The notes beneath the pieces were generated by a model. The model had not been told where the DNA came from. It did no database searches and was given only the letters and a program-made list of their open reading frames with translations. Shown here in pieces: positions 27,320 through 40,009 of a DNA stretch of 64,000 nt. Position numbers and translations under genes: made by a program. Position 1 is the first letter of the stretch, and the number at the start of each line of letters is the position of its first letter. Source of the DNA: Eledone cirrhosa (lineage: Eukaryota); the NCBI GenBank assembly GCA_964016885.1, contig OZ024742.1, positions 53,382,001 to 53,446,000 of the forward strand. The letters are read 5' to 3'.

Positions 27320-30300
27320 CCTCTCTCTTCAAACAAAATAAACTTTTGCGGGGTACGAAACTCAGAATTTGTCGACCCATATTCTTGGCTACATCGCTCG
27401 CTCGCTCTTCTGTGAAATGTAATGTAATGTACGAATTCCTATTTTCTCGTCTCTCCATGTTTACCTGGTCCATTCATCTATCTGTATCATATCGTCCAGA
27501 ATACAACCTTTTCTTTTTCAATGCTATTCGATAATTTTGTCTGATCGTTCAAAATAATCTTGTATTTTAAAATCCCATAATTCTTCCCTTATTACAGTTA
27601 TATGCTCGTTCAATTATGGCCAAAATTTTGTGGATTTTATTTTATAACCTTCTCGCTAACTACCCCAGATCCCTCCCACCCCCACTCACCACCATTATTA
27701 TTTGGACCAATCATAAGTCAGCAGCCTATGTTATCACTTCTTAAGTTTAGACCTGGTTGCCTTTCGATATGATGGATGGACTACGGAATTCTGGAGAGTC
27801 TGAAAAATCTGGACACTCAGTGACAATGCCACAGATAAAGACAAATTCACCTCATGCTGCCGGACGAGAATGCAAGGACTCCTCCTCTTTATTTAGGTCG
27901 CGGACGGCTAACATAGCCCCATCCCCCTCACCCCTCCCTGCGCCCTGTCCTTGCCACCCACCAAACGCAATCCAAAACTTCAGAGTTGGTACCATGAATG
28001 TAGGTACCTTAAAAGGTTGCTCTAACGAGGTTGTAGAGATGCTTGAACGTAAGGAGGTTGATGTTTGCTGTATTCAAGAGACCAGGTGGAGGGGTGGGTC
28101 TGCTAGATTCATTGTGGGTAGAAAACGATGCTATAAGCTTTTCTAGGTGGGAAATGACAATGGGCTGGGTGGAGTAGGAATCATGCTAGCAGAAAAATGG
28201 GTAGATAAGATAATAGACGTAAATAGAGTGAACGACAGAATAATTAAAATAGGACATGTCCTCAATAGAACTACTGTGACAATAATATCTGCATATACAT
28301 CCCAACCCGGACTGCCTGGCATTATAAAAGACAGATCCTATGAGTCGTTAATGCTCATTACCTCCCAAATAACCGACAGTGACTATATAATTATTGTTGG
28401 CGACCTAAATGGTCACGTTGGACAACACTGTGACGGCTATGACGGAAACCATGGAGGCTATGGGTTTGGTACTAGAAATGAGGAAGGCTCAAAAAACGAG
28501 ACAATCACATGATCACCTATAGATCAGGGGATCATGCCAGTCAGATAGATTATATCCTTACCAGAAGACGAGACAGAGTGTCTGTTGTAAACACTAAATC
28601 CCTCCCCCATGAAGAATACACCTCCCAACATAGCCTCATAGTTAGCGACCTCATAGTCAGGACGAGAGGTATTCGACAACAGAGGAGGACTATCCTTAGG
28701 AGAAAAATATGGAAGTTAAAGGACCCCACAGCCAGTAATAAATTTAAAAGCATATTACTTGATGCTTTTGACAGTAAGGAAGAGCAATTAGAGTCGTACA
28801 ATATAGAGGAACAGTGGGAATTCCTGAAAGCTAACCTGCTGAAGGCGACAGATGAAGTCTGTGGCTGGAGCAGACCTATAGGCAGGAGGACAGTAACTTG
28901 GTGGTGGAACAGTAAGGTGGAGGAGTCAATCAAGGCCAAAAACCAGGCTTGGAAAGTATGGCAGGATGGGGGAAGTAGAGAAGACTATCAAGTGGCCATG
29001 AGGGAATCTAGGAGGCAAGTGTACTTCGCAAGAAGGGAAGCAGAGGAAAGAAAGTTCAAGCATATTCTACAACGCGAGGACCAAAAACGTGAAGTGTTCA
29101 GGATTGCTAGACAATGTGTCAAGGAGAACCGTGATATTGTCGGGGAGAAGTGTGTCCTTAATGATGATGGTGTACTTGCCATCACTGACGCTGATAAGAA
29201 GGTAGCTTGGAAGTGTCACTACGAAAAGCTACTAAATGAAGAGAATAAATGGGAGAAAGACAGCCTCCTCCACATAGATCCAATAGAGGGACCAGCAATG
29301 CAAGTTGAAGGTATATAATAAGTAAGGCAATCAAAGATATGAAGACGGGCAAATAGTTGCTGAAATGCTGAAAGCATCTGGAACGGTGGGACACACTATG
29401 GTCACCCGGATAGTAAACCAAGTTATACAGAATGGGGTCGTACCAAATGACTGGCGTAGCAGCATCATCATTAACTGCTACAAGGGTAAAGGAGATGCCC
29501 TAGATAGAGGAAACTATAGAGGCATTAAATTAATTGACCAGGTCATGAAGGTCACAGAAAAAGTAATAGTGCAACTAATCAGAGAGCGAATTGATCTAGA
29601 TGAAATGCAGTTCGGGTAAAAGTACCACAGACGCTCTTTTCATTGTACAACAACTACAGGAGAAGTACCTAGCTAAAAGTAAACTCCTCTACTTAGCTTT
29701 TGTAGACCTGGAGAAAGCCTTTGACAGAGTCTCCCGCTCCATTATCTGGTGGGCTCTTAGAAAACTAGGTGTAGATGAATGGCTTGTGAGAGCTATACAC
29801 CATGTATAAAGAAACAGTCAGCAAAGTTAGAATTAACAACGAATATAGTGAAGAGTTTAGCGTAAAAGTTGGTGTTCATCAGGGCTCCATCCTTAGCCCC
29901 CTCCTATTTATTATCGCCCTCCAAGCTATAACGGAGGAGTTCAAGACCGACTGCCCATGGGAACTCCTATACGCTGATGATCTAACGCTTATAGCTGAAT
30001 CAATGGCTGAACTAGAGAATAAATTCCAAACATGGAAGCATGGCTTAGAATCAAAAGGCCTTAAAGTTAACTTGTCTAAGACGAAAGTCCTAATATGTAG
30101 GAAGGAGAATAGGGCATTGGTCCCATCTGGGAAATGGCCATGCTCAGTGTGTAGGAAAGGAGTAGGCAGAAACTCCATTTTATGTCCCAAATGCAAAGTA
30201 TGGGTGCATAAAAGATGTAGTGGGATCACAGGTAAGCTAACTAAGAATATAGATTTTATATGTGGCCAGTGCTCTGGTGCAATAAGTAGCAGCAAATGCC

Positions 30301-31309
30301 CACAGAATACTAGCCCATTCCATTGCCCAGATGGTTCTATAGAAATAGTGGACACCTTCCGTTACCTGGGTGACAAAATCAGCAGGGGTGGAGAGTGCTC
30401 CGAAAGTACTGTAGCTAGAGTCCGAACGGGATGGAAAAAGTTCAGAGAGCTTATACTACTATTGGCTGCTAAAGGTTTCTCTCTAAAAATAAAAGGCAGG
30501 CTGTATGATGCCTGCATACGAACAGCGATGTTACATGGCAGTGAGACATGGGCCTTGTGTGCAGAGGATCTACGCAGACTGGAGAGAATGAAACTTGCAT
30601 GCTCCGTTGGATGTGTAATAGTAATATACGCGAACGGCAAAGCATAAATGGACTAAGTGAGAAATTAGGAATAAGAGGGATCAGATGCTGTTTACTCGAG
30701 AGAAAACTACGTTGGCATGGTCACGTGATGGGCATGAAAGATGACAGCTGTATAAAAAAGTGCAGGGCGATCAAAATAGACGGTAGCTACGGAGTAGGCA
30801 GACCCAGAAAAACCTGGGACGACTTGATTAAATCCGACCTCACACACTTACACCTCTCCAAGACAATGTCACTGGACCAAGATCTTTGGCGCTACGTAGT
30901 AATACAGAAGACCCGCTTTGCCTAAGTACAAATCAAAACCTACAGTCAGTAGGCACCTCTTAACCAAAATACACCCCGTCCCACTAAACCTACCCCCACT
31001 GCCATCTACACCACCCCTTTCGATGTAAAGCTATGTTGGTACCACAACATCCAGTCCTAAATAAATGAAGTCGTGTAGGTGCCACAACAAAAAAACACAC
31101 AGTACACGCTGTAATGTGGCCGTGTAGGTAACACGGTAAAAACCTCCCAGTCCACACTATAAGCGTGGTTGGTGTTAGGAAGGGCATCCAGCCGTAGAAA
31201 ACCTGCCAGACAGTCCTGAGCAAGACAACCAATCTTGCTTCAAGTGGGACAATTCCCGTCCAGACCCATGCTAGCGTGGAAAATGGACGTTAAACGATGA
31301 TGATGATGA
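27320..31309 (+). mobile_element. Near full-length RTE-type LINE copy A (EN-RT with PHD-like Cys cluster), disabled
   Basis: ORF pieces 27757-30925: VGTMNVGTL, CIQETRW, GDLNGHVG, NYRGIKL, FVDLEKAFDRV, GVHQGSILSPLLF, YADD, WPCSVCRKGVG..C..C..WVHKRC. 3' end ggacgttaaac(gat)n. Several stops and frameshifts. Confidence 0.9.
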
Positions 31310-31323
31310 TATATATATATATA

Positions 31324-34300
31324 TCATCATCATCATCATCATCGTTTAACGTCCACCTTCCAGGCTAGCATGGGTTTGGACGGGAATTTTCCAACTTGAG
31401 GCAAGATTGGTTGTCTTGCTCGTATAGGACAGTCTGCCGGGTTTTCTATGGCTGGATGCCCTTCCTAACAACAACCACATTTATAGTGTGGACTGGGAGG
31501 TTTTTACCGTGTTACCTACACAGCCACATTACAGCGTGGACTGTGTGTTTTTTTGTCGTGACACCTACATGACCTGATTTATTTAGGACTGGATGTTGTG
31601 GTACCAACATAACTTTACATCAAAAGGGTGTGGATGGGGTAGTGGGACGGGGGTGTATTTTGGTAACAGGTGCCTACTGACTGTAGGTTTCGCTTTGCAC
31701 TTAGGCAAGGCGGGTCTTCTGTATTACTGCGTAGCGCCAAAGATCTCGGTCCAGTGACATTGTCTTGGAGAGGTGTAAGTGTGTGAGGTCGGAATTTATC
31801 AAGTCGTCCCAGGTTTTTCTGGGTCTGCCCACTTCGTGGCTACTGTCTATTTTGATCGCCCTGCACTTTTTTATACAGCTGTCGTCTTTCATGCCCATCA
31901 CATGACCATACCAACGTAGTCTTCTCTCTAGTAAACAGCATCTGATCCCTCTTATTCCTAATTTCTCACTTAGTTGATTTATGCTTTGCCGTTCACGTAT
32001 ATTACTATTACACATCCAACGGAGCATGCAAGCTTCGTTCCTCTCCAGTCTGCATAGAGCCTCTGCACACAATGCCCAAGTCTCACTGCCATGTAACATT
32101 GCTGTTTGTATGCAGGCATCATACAGCCTGCCTTTCATTTTTAGAGAGAAACCTTTAGCGGCCAATAGTGGTATAAGCTCTCTGAACTTTTTCCATCCCG
32201 TTCTGACTCTAGCTACTGTACTTTCAGAGCACCCTCCACCACTGCTAATTCCCAGGTAATGGAAGGTGTCCACTATTTCTATAGAACCATCTGTGCAATG
32301 GAATGGGCTAGTATTCTGTGGGCACTTGCTGCTACTTAGTGCACCTGAGCACCGCCCACATATAAAATCTATATTCTTAGTTAGCTTACCTGTGATCCCA
32401 CTACATCTTTTATGCACCCATACTTTGCATTTGGGACATAAAATGGAGTTTCTGCCTACTCCTTTCCTACACACTGAGCATGGCCATTTCCCAGATGGGA
32501 CCAGTGCCCTATTTTCCTTCCTACATACTAGAACTTTAGTCCTAGACAGGTTAATTTTAAGGCCTTTTGATTCTAGGCCATGCTTCCATGTTTGGAATTT
32601 CTTCTCTAGTTCAGCCATTGATTCAGCTATAAGCGTTAGATCATCAGCGTATAGGAGTTCCCATGGGCAGTCGGTCTTGAACTCCTCCGTTATAGCTTGG
32701 AGGGCGATAATAAATAGGAGGGGGCTAATGACGGAGCCCTGATGAACACCAACTTTTACGCTAAACTCTTCACTATATTCATTGTTAATTCTAACCTTGC
32801 TAACTGTTTCTTTATACATGGTGTATAGCTCTCACAAGCCATTCATTAACACCAAGTTTTCTGAGAGCCCACCAGATAATGGGGCATGGGATTCTGTCAA
32901 AGGCTTTCTCCAAGTCAACAAAAGTTAAGTATAGGGGTTTACTTTTAGCTCGGTACTTCTCCTGTAGTTGTCGTACAATGAAAAGAGCGTCTTTGGTACT
33001 TTTACCTGACACAAACCAGAACTGCATTTCATCTAGATCAATTCGCTCTCTGATTAGTTGCGCTATTACTTTTTCTGTGACCTTCATGACCTGGTCAATT
33101 AATTTAATGCCTCAATAGTTTCCTCTATCTAGGGCATCTCCTTTACCCTTGTAGCAGTTAATGATGCTGCTGCTACGCCAGTACTTCGGTACGACCCCAT
33201 TCTGTATGACTTGGTTTACTATCCGGGAGACCATAGTGTGTCCCACCGTTCCAGATGCTTTCAGCATTTCAGCAACTATTTCCGAAGGCCCAGCCGCCTT
33301 GCCCGTCTTCATATCTTTGATTGCCTTACTTATTATACTACCTTCAACTTGCATTGCTGGTCCCTTTATTGGATCGATGTGGGGGAGGCTGTCTTTCTCC
33401 CATTTATTCTCCTCATTTAGTAGCCTTTCATAGTGACACTTCCAAGCTACCTTCTTATCAGCGTCAGTGATGGCAAGTAAACCATCATCATTAAGGACAC
33501 ACTTCTCCCCGACAATATCACGGTTTTCCTTGACACATTGCCTAGCAATCCTGAACACCTCACGTTTTTGGTCCTCATGTTGTAGAACATGCTTGAACTT
33601 TCTTTCCTCTGCTTCCCTTCTTGTGAAGTACACTTGCCTCCTAGCTTCCCTCCTCGCCATTTGATAGTCTTCTCTACTTCCCCCATCCCACCATATTTTC
33701 CAAGCCTGGTTTTTGGCCTTGATTGACTCCTCCACCTTACTGTTCCACCACCAAGTTACTGTCCTCCTACCTATAGGTCTGCTCCAGCCACAGACTTCAT
33801 CTGTCGCCTTCAGCAGGTTAGCTTTCAGGAATTCCCACTGTTCCTCTATATTGTACGACTCTAATTGCTCTTCCTTACTGTCAAAAGCATCAAGTAATAT
33901 GCTTTTAAATTTATTACTGGCTGTGGGGTCCTTTAACTTTCATATTTTTCTCCTGAGGATAGTCCTCCTCTGCTGTCGAGTACGTCTTGTCCTGACTATG
34001 AGGTCGCTAACTATGAGTCTATGTTGGGATGTGCATTCTTCATGGGGGAGGGATTTAGTGTTTACAACAGACACTCTATCACGTCTTTTGGTAAGGATAT
34101 AATCTATCTGACTGGCGTGTTCCCCTGATCTATAGGTGATCATGTGATTGTCTCGTTTTTTGAAGTTAGTGTTACAGATAGTTAGGTTATTTGAGTCACA
34201 GAATTCCAGGATTCTGGAGCCTTCCTCATTTCTAGTACCAAACCCATAGCCTCCATAGATTCCGTCATAGCCGTCACAATGTTGTTCAACGTGACCATTT

Positions 34301-35262
34301 AGGTCGCCAGCAATAATTATGTAGTCACTGTCGGTTATTTGGGAGGTAGTGAACATTAATGACTCATAGAATCTGTCTTTTATAGCGCCAGGCAGTCCGG
34401 ATTGGGGTGCGTACGCAGATATTATTGTCACAGTAGTTCTATTTAGGACAAGTCTTATTTTAATTATTCTGTCGTTCACTCTATTTACCTCTATTATCTT
34501 ATCTGCCCATTTTTCAGCTAGCATGATTCCTACTCCACCCAGCCAATTGTCATTTCCCACCCAGAAAAGCTTATAGCATCGTTTTTTTACTCACAATGAA
34601 TCTAGTAGACCCACTCCTCCACCAGGTCTCTTGGATACAGCAAACATCAACCTCCTTACGTTCAAGCATTTCTACAAACTCGTTAGAGCGACCTTTTAAG
34701 GTGCCTACATTCATGGTACCAACTCTGAAGTTTTGGATTGCGTTTGGTGAGTGGGAATGGTGGGGTGCAGGGAGGGGTGAGGGAGATGGGGTTATGTTGG
34801 CCTTCCGCGGCCGAAATAAAGAGGAGGAGTCCTTGCATTTTTCGTCTGGCAGCATGAGGTGAATTTGTCTTTATCTGTGGCATTGTCACTGAGTGTCCAG
34901 ATTTTTCAGACTCTCCAGAATTCCGTAGTCCATCTATCATATCGAAAGGCAACCAGGTCTAAACTTAAGAAATGATAGCATAGGCCGCTGACTTATGATT
35001 GGTCCAAGTAATAATGGTGGCGAGTGTGGGCGTGTGGGAGGGGTATGGGGTAGTTAGTGAGAAGGTTTAAATAAAATCCTCGAATTTTGGGCATAATTGA
35101 ACAAGCATATAACAGTAATAAGAGCAGAATTATGGGATTTTAAAATACAAGAAGATTATTTTGAACAATCAGACAGAATTATAGAATAGCATTGGAAAAA
35201 AGCAAAGATTGGATTCTGGACGATGATACGGATAGATGAATGGACCGGGGGAAGATGGAGAT
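31324..35262 (-). mobile_element. Near full-length RTE-type LINE copy B, inverted relative to copy A, disabled
   Basis: ORFs 34952-31701 mirror those of copy A with high similarity. The (cat)n tail faces the tail of copy A across a short (TA)n. Confidence 0.9.
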
Positions 35263-36026
35263 ACAAATAATACACATGCATATATTTATACACATACAAA
35301 CACATATATTTGTATAAACACACACACACACACTCTCCCTTTCTCTTATCTAACAATATTTTATGGCTGGATGTCAATTATATACATATATATTCGCATG
35401 CACACACACACACACAATCATATATATATATATATACACAAATATACACACAAGTGTACTCACCTACATATGTATATATACACACTCTCTTTCTCCCTCT
35501 CTCCTTCTTCCCTCTCTTCCTCTCTCCAGTTAATGCCATGACTAGCAATGCTCATATCATTAATATATAAATGTATTTTACAATTTCAAAATTTCAATTT
35601 GAATGTATTTTATAATCTAATTATTTTTTTAAATACCTGGAATTGTTGGTAAAATACATTTTTAACATGTGGTGTTTGAGATGTTCTTGTCATTGTTGGT
35701 GGCACACCTTACTTATTTATCAGATGATATCTGCAAGGGTGCTTGGGTATTCCAGCACCTTAGCCTCCCTATCACCTTTGGTAATGCTGCAAGAGTATTG
35801 TCTTGCCTTACAAATTGTTGTGGTTGAGTGTGTGGGTCTTCTCCCCACCCTGTTTTTCTTTCCTTTGTCATCCTTTGTATATATATATAGTCCAGAAATA
35901 GCCGTTGAAAAGACTTGAGCTCTGCCGTCGGGGTCTTGAACATTTTCCTATATATATATCCTTCATTTTTCTTTGTTTTTCTTTTAGTACTGTGTATATA
36001 TATATATATATTAAAATAACAGGTTT

Positions 36027-36079
36027 AAGTTTAAGCAAAGAATCGCTGCTTTCACCCTTAACGGGATCTTCTGAAACTT
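36027..36079 (-). ncRNA. Variant hammerhead (core CAGAAGA, CUU site)
   Basis: aagttt-CAGAAGA-tccc gttaa gggt-GAAA-gca gcgattctt tgc-TT-aaactt; same family as the palindrome at 13686-13818. Confidence 0.55.
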
Positions 36080-36126
36080 TGGATTTTAGTCTTCGCATTT
36101 ATTATTATTACTATATATATATATAT

Positions 36127-39100
36127 CTAAGGCGGGTAAAATTCCCGAGATCCATGGACGAGTTCTCTCCAGCGGTCTCTGTCCCTCATTATCGCTGCCA
36201 TATCCTGCATCTCCAACAGACCAGTGTCTGTCCTTAGGGCAACAACATATGTTAACCTTGGTCTTCCTCTTCTAGTGTGTCCATGTAGGGGCTCCCAAAG
36301 GAGCACTGAGTGCAATGTCAACTCTGGATGTCGGTGAGCATGTCCAGCCAACCTCAGTCTCCTCTGTGTCACTTTTGAGCTGACTTTTGGGATGCTCCCA
36401 TACAGCTCTGAGTTTTTCATCCTCAGTGTATACTGATTAATGTTCAGAGCCATCCTCAGCATTCTCGTGTAGCACCCATCCACCATCTGAGTGAGTCTCT
36501 TGGTCAGTGTCCAAGTCTCAGACCCATACAGCAGCACAGACTCCACTACAGCAATGAAGAGGCGGATTTTCAGGTCTCTACGAAGGTCCGACTTCCACAC
36601 CGATCTCAAGCTGTGACACGCCGCCCAGGCCTTGCTCTTCCTCCCAACCACATCATCTTCCGTATTCCCAATCTTTGCTCCCAAATACAGGAAGTCCTCA
36701 ACCAATTCCAGTGGCTTCCCGCCTACATTAGTGATCCCCTCTGGCTTCTCAACATTCTCCACCAGATATTTTGTTTTAGTCTCATTCATTCTCAGCCCCA
36801 CACTCATCGACACAGTCTCAACCTCCCGCATCAAATCCTCTGCCTCCTTCACTGTATTTGTCACCAAAACTATGTCGTCGGCAAATTCAGCATCCGATAC
36901 CTTTTTCGCCCCAACTCTCCTGCTCTGAGCCAGTGCTACAGTAAAGCCAGTGTCCTGGTATTTCTCCAGTGCAAGGCGCATACAATAGTCCACTACGATG
37001 ATAAAAAGGTAGGGAGCCAATGTATCTCCCTGGAGCACTCCAGCCAGTATCTCAAAGAACTCTGTCATCCCATCAGGTGTAATGACTTGGGCTTTGGTGT
37101 TGGTGTAGAGCAGTGATATCAGGTCCACTATCCTCTTGGGGATTCCATAAGCCTGTAAGATCTTCATCAGGCAGTAACGGTCCACAGAATCAAAGGCCTT
37201 CCTAAAGTCAATGAAAACCATGACCGCAGGAAGGCACTTTGCTCTAGCTCCCTCTAATATCCTCCTCAGCATCAGGATGTGACTGGTGGTTGATCTACCC
37301 TCTCTGAAGCCGTTCTGGTTGTCCCTGAGCTTCTTCTCCATCTCAGGCTGGATCCTGTTAAGAATCATCCTGTTGAGGGTCTTTGCCACAAGTGACGTCA
37401 GTGAGATCCCCCGGTAGTTGTTGGTGTTAGAGAGATCTCCCTTCTTTGGCACTGGGACGATGTTACTGATCCTCCACTGATTCGGGGCAACTCCTTTCTC
37501 CAGTGCCCCGTTACAGAACCCCAGGATGATATCATCAAAATCACACCTCTTCATCACCTCTGATGCCACTCCATCCTCTCCATGAGCCTTGCCCTCCTTG
37601 ATCTTCTTCTTGGCTCTCTGAAGCTCCTCTCTGGTGAAGGGCTCTGTCTCAACATCCAGTTCCTCAAACAGCCGCCTGATCTCCCCACTGCTCTGGGCTG
37701 TGGAGGGTGGCTCTCCTAGTAGGGTCCTAAAATGGTCTAGCCATTTCCTCTTCCTATCCTCGGGCCCCGTTCCCTGGATCTGACTCGAACACCTTTTCTT
37801 CCTCCCTGTGATCTCGTTGATGATCATCCAGCTCTCCTTACATCCAGATCTGTCAACCGCTCTCTCCACACTTCTGATCTTCTCTATCAGTGCCTCCTCT
37901 CTGACCTCAGTGTAAGCAGTACAGAGCTCTTCCCTCATCACCTCCACAGTCTCCATCCTCTCCTCCGTAGGATCAGCATAGAATTGGTCCCTGGCAGCTT
38001 TCAGGTGTTCTCTGGCTGCACACACTTTTGGGTTTGCAGAGCTGACGTGCTTCCCTTTGTTCTTTTTCCTCGGCACCAGGGTTTCACTTGCTTTCGCCAC
38101 TGCATTGGTGAAGTGCCCGTACCTCCTCGTCACACTCTCCTCAGTCCATCCAATCTCTCTCTCCTCTGACTCTCCACACAGAGCACTAAACCTGTTTCTC
38201 ACTTCCACTGTGAACCTCTCCTGTAGCTTATCATCTTCCTTGAAAGCTCCCCAGTCATAGATTGTTCTCCGGGGCTGAGCCTTGCTCTTTCTTAAGCTCA
38301 CGCGGACCTCACTCATAACAAGCCGGTGGTCACTACCCAGTGTACTGAAATAGCTGTATGGTTCCGTGTTCAGAACACTATTCCGCCACTTTTTCCTCAT
38401 CAGAATGAAATCAATCTGGGACTTGGACAGGTGCATATCTGAGATGTAGGTCCACATCTTCCCCAGATTCTTCCTAAACCTTAGGTTGGTTGCCATCAAG
38501 TTCGCCTCCAGCAGGGTGTCTCTCAGTAGTCTTCCATTTCGGTTGGTGTTGTTATGGAAGTACCAGCAAGGATCTTCACTGCCCTCCTTACTCAGATGTG
38601 CATTGAAGTCCCCCAAAACAAGCAGGATATTGTGTGCCTGAGTGGTGTTGACAGCCCCACACACCTCCTCATGGAACTCCTCGGCATTCACATCACTGTC
38701 CCCCTCGGTTGGACTATAGGCTGAGATGACTGTCAGTCTTGGGTTTCCATTGAAGGTCACCCTCAACACTCGCGGGGAGATAGGCATTATTTCCCTCACC
38801 AACAGATTGGTTTTTGCACTGAACACAAAACCCACTCCTCCTACTGCAGCATTTGTTGTGTTCTTCACTGCCGATGTAGTGATGAGCTGGCTCTTCCTCC
38901 CGATCATCACACTCCTCACGGGCTCATCGTGTAGAATCCTGTGTTCTTGGATCGCAAGTATCTGTATACCACTCCCCTCGAACAGATGTCCCAACTCCTC
39001 TCTCTTCTCCAGCGTTCGAATAGTCCTCACATTCAAAGTGCCCATTTTGATGGCTCTTCTGCAGGACAAAACTGCATTCTTTATATTTGTCTCAGAGACA

Positions 39101-39261
39101 GCTGATCCATCATCCACTGGCCCTCTCTGTGGCTCTAAGCCAGCAGAGTCATAACGACCAGGCTGCTCCTTGACAGTGTAATTAGGGGCTCTAACCCTAG
39201 TGCTGTTAGATCGACTCTCCCTATTTCTTTTCAATGGCTGACAATACCTTACCGGCGCCAC
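36127..39261 (-). CDS. RTE LINE ORF: AP endonuclease + reverse transcriptase (1044 aa)
   Basis: EN motifs GTLNVRT, LAIQEHR, SAYSPT, GDFNAH, QIDFIL, SDHRLV. RT motifs PKKGDL..NYRGISL, QNGFR, FIDFRKAFDSV, GVLQGDTLAPYLF, FADD, YLG. No stops or frameshifts. True start uncertain (GTG or the downstream ATG). Confidence 0.93.
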   Translation of the reverse strand: MAPVRYCQPLKRNRESRSNSTRVRAPNYTVKEQPGRYDSAGLEPQRGPVDDGSAVSETNIKNAVLSCRRAIKMGTLNVRTIRTLEKREELGHLFEGSGIQILAIQEHRILHDEPVRSVMIGRKSQLITTSAVKNTTNAAVGGVGFVFSAKTNLLVREIMPISPRVLRVTFNGNPRLTVISAYSPTEGDSDVNAEEFHEEVCGAVNTTQAHNILLVLGDFNAHLSKEGSEDPCWYFHNNTNRNGRLLRDTLLEANLMATNLRFRKNLGKMWTYISDMHLSKSQIDFILMRKKWRNSVLNTEPYSYFSTLGSDHRLVMSEVRVSLRKSKAQPRRTIYDWGAFKEDDKLQERFTVEVRNRFSALCGESEEREIGWTEESVTRRYGHFTNAVAKASETLVPRKKNKGKHVSSANPKVCAAREHLKAARDQFYADPTEERMETVEVMREELCTAYTEVREEALIEKIRSVERAVDRSGCKESWMIINEITGRKKRCSSQIQGTGPEDRKRKWLDHFRTLLGEPPSTAQSSGEIRRLFEELDVETEPFTREELQRAKKKIKEGKAHGEDGVASEVMKRCDFDDIILGFCNGALEKGVAPNQWRISNIVPVPKKGDLSNTNNYRGISLTSLVAKTLNRMILNRIQPEMEKKLRDNQNGFREGRSTTSHILMLRRILEGARAKCLPAVMVFIDFRKAFDSVDRYCLMKILQAYGIPKRIVDLISLLYTNTKAQVITPDGMTEFFEILAGVLQGDTLAPYLFIIVVDYCMRLALEKYQDTGFTVALAQSRRVGAKKVSDAEFADDIVLVTNTVKEAEDLMREVETVSMSVGLRMNETKTKYLVENVEKPEGITNVGGKPLELVEDFLYLGAKIGNTEDDVVGRKSKAWAACHSLRSVWKSDLRRDLKIRLFIAVVESVLLYGSETWTLTKRLTQMVDGCYTRMLRMALNINQYTLRMKNSELYGSIPKVSSKVTQRRLRLAGHAHRHPELTLHSVLLWEPLHGHTRRGRPRLTYVVALRTDTGLLEMQDMAAIMRDRDRWRELVHGSREFYPP

Positions 39262-39435
39262 TCGAATAAGGTAGTTATTTAACCCATAAATGGAGCCCTA
39301 ACAGGTACTACCACCCCGGGCCAGGGCAGACCTGGGAGTCATGACAACTAAGGGGTAACTCCACATTCCCCACATCTCCTGAACTCCCGAACTGGAGCCT
39401 TGCCACTGGATGTAGTTTAATGTCATACCCAGGAC
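36127..39435 (-). mobile_element. Apparently full-length RTE-clade LINE
   Basis: Single uninterrupted ORF plus a ~175-bp 5' leader. Both ends abut (TA)n. Confidence 0.9.
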
Positions 39436-40009
39436 ATATATATATATATATATATATTTAAAATATATATAATAAATTTTCTTTTAAATATATATATATA
39501 TCATCATCCTGCTTGCAAGGGTGGGACGGGAACTGATTCTGGCTTGATTTCTACAGCTGGATGCCCTTCCTAACACCAACCTCATTTACAGTGAGTGCTG
39601 GGTGCTTTTTATGCCGTGGCACCTCCACGACCACTTTGCAGTGGAATGATAGGGACCCCAGTCTCTATCATCTCATTTCTACAGCTGAGTAAACTGGAGC
39701 AATGTGAAATAAAGTGTCTTGCTCAAGGAAACAACACATCACCCGGTCTGAGAATTGAACTCACAACCTTTCAATTGCAAGGCCAATGCTCTAACCACTA
39801 AGCCATGTGCCTCCATATATATATATATTTAAAAGAAAATTTATTATATATACAAATTGTACACATTCATGATTCACTTTATTATTCTTTTTCTGTGTTA
39901 TTTTGAAATATTGTAAAAAAATAAGTAATCATTCTCTTATTTTCTTTCTCTTTTTCTCTCCCTTCCTTGTCCTCATTATAACCACTGCCATCATCATCAT
40001 TCTATGCAG

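Noticed and set aside
28550-39154. ORFs antisense to LINE ORFs (e.g. 29879-30355, 32266-32742, 36613-37116, 38726-39154)
   Set aside because: Shadow frames of RT/EN coding sequence with no independent motifs.
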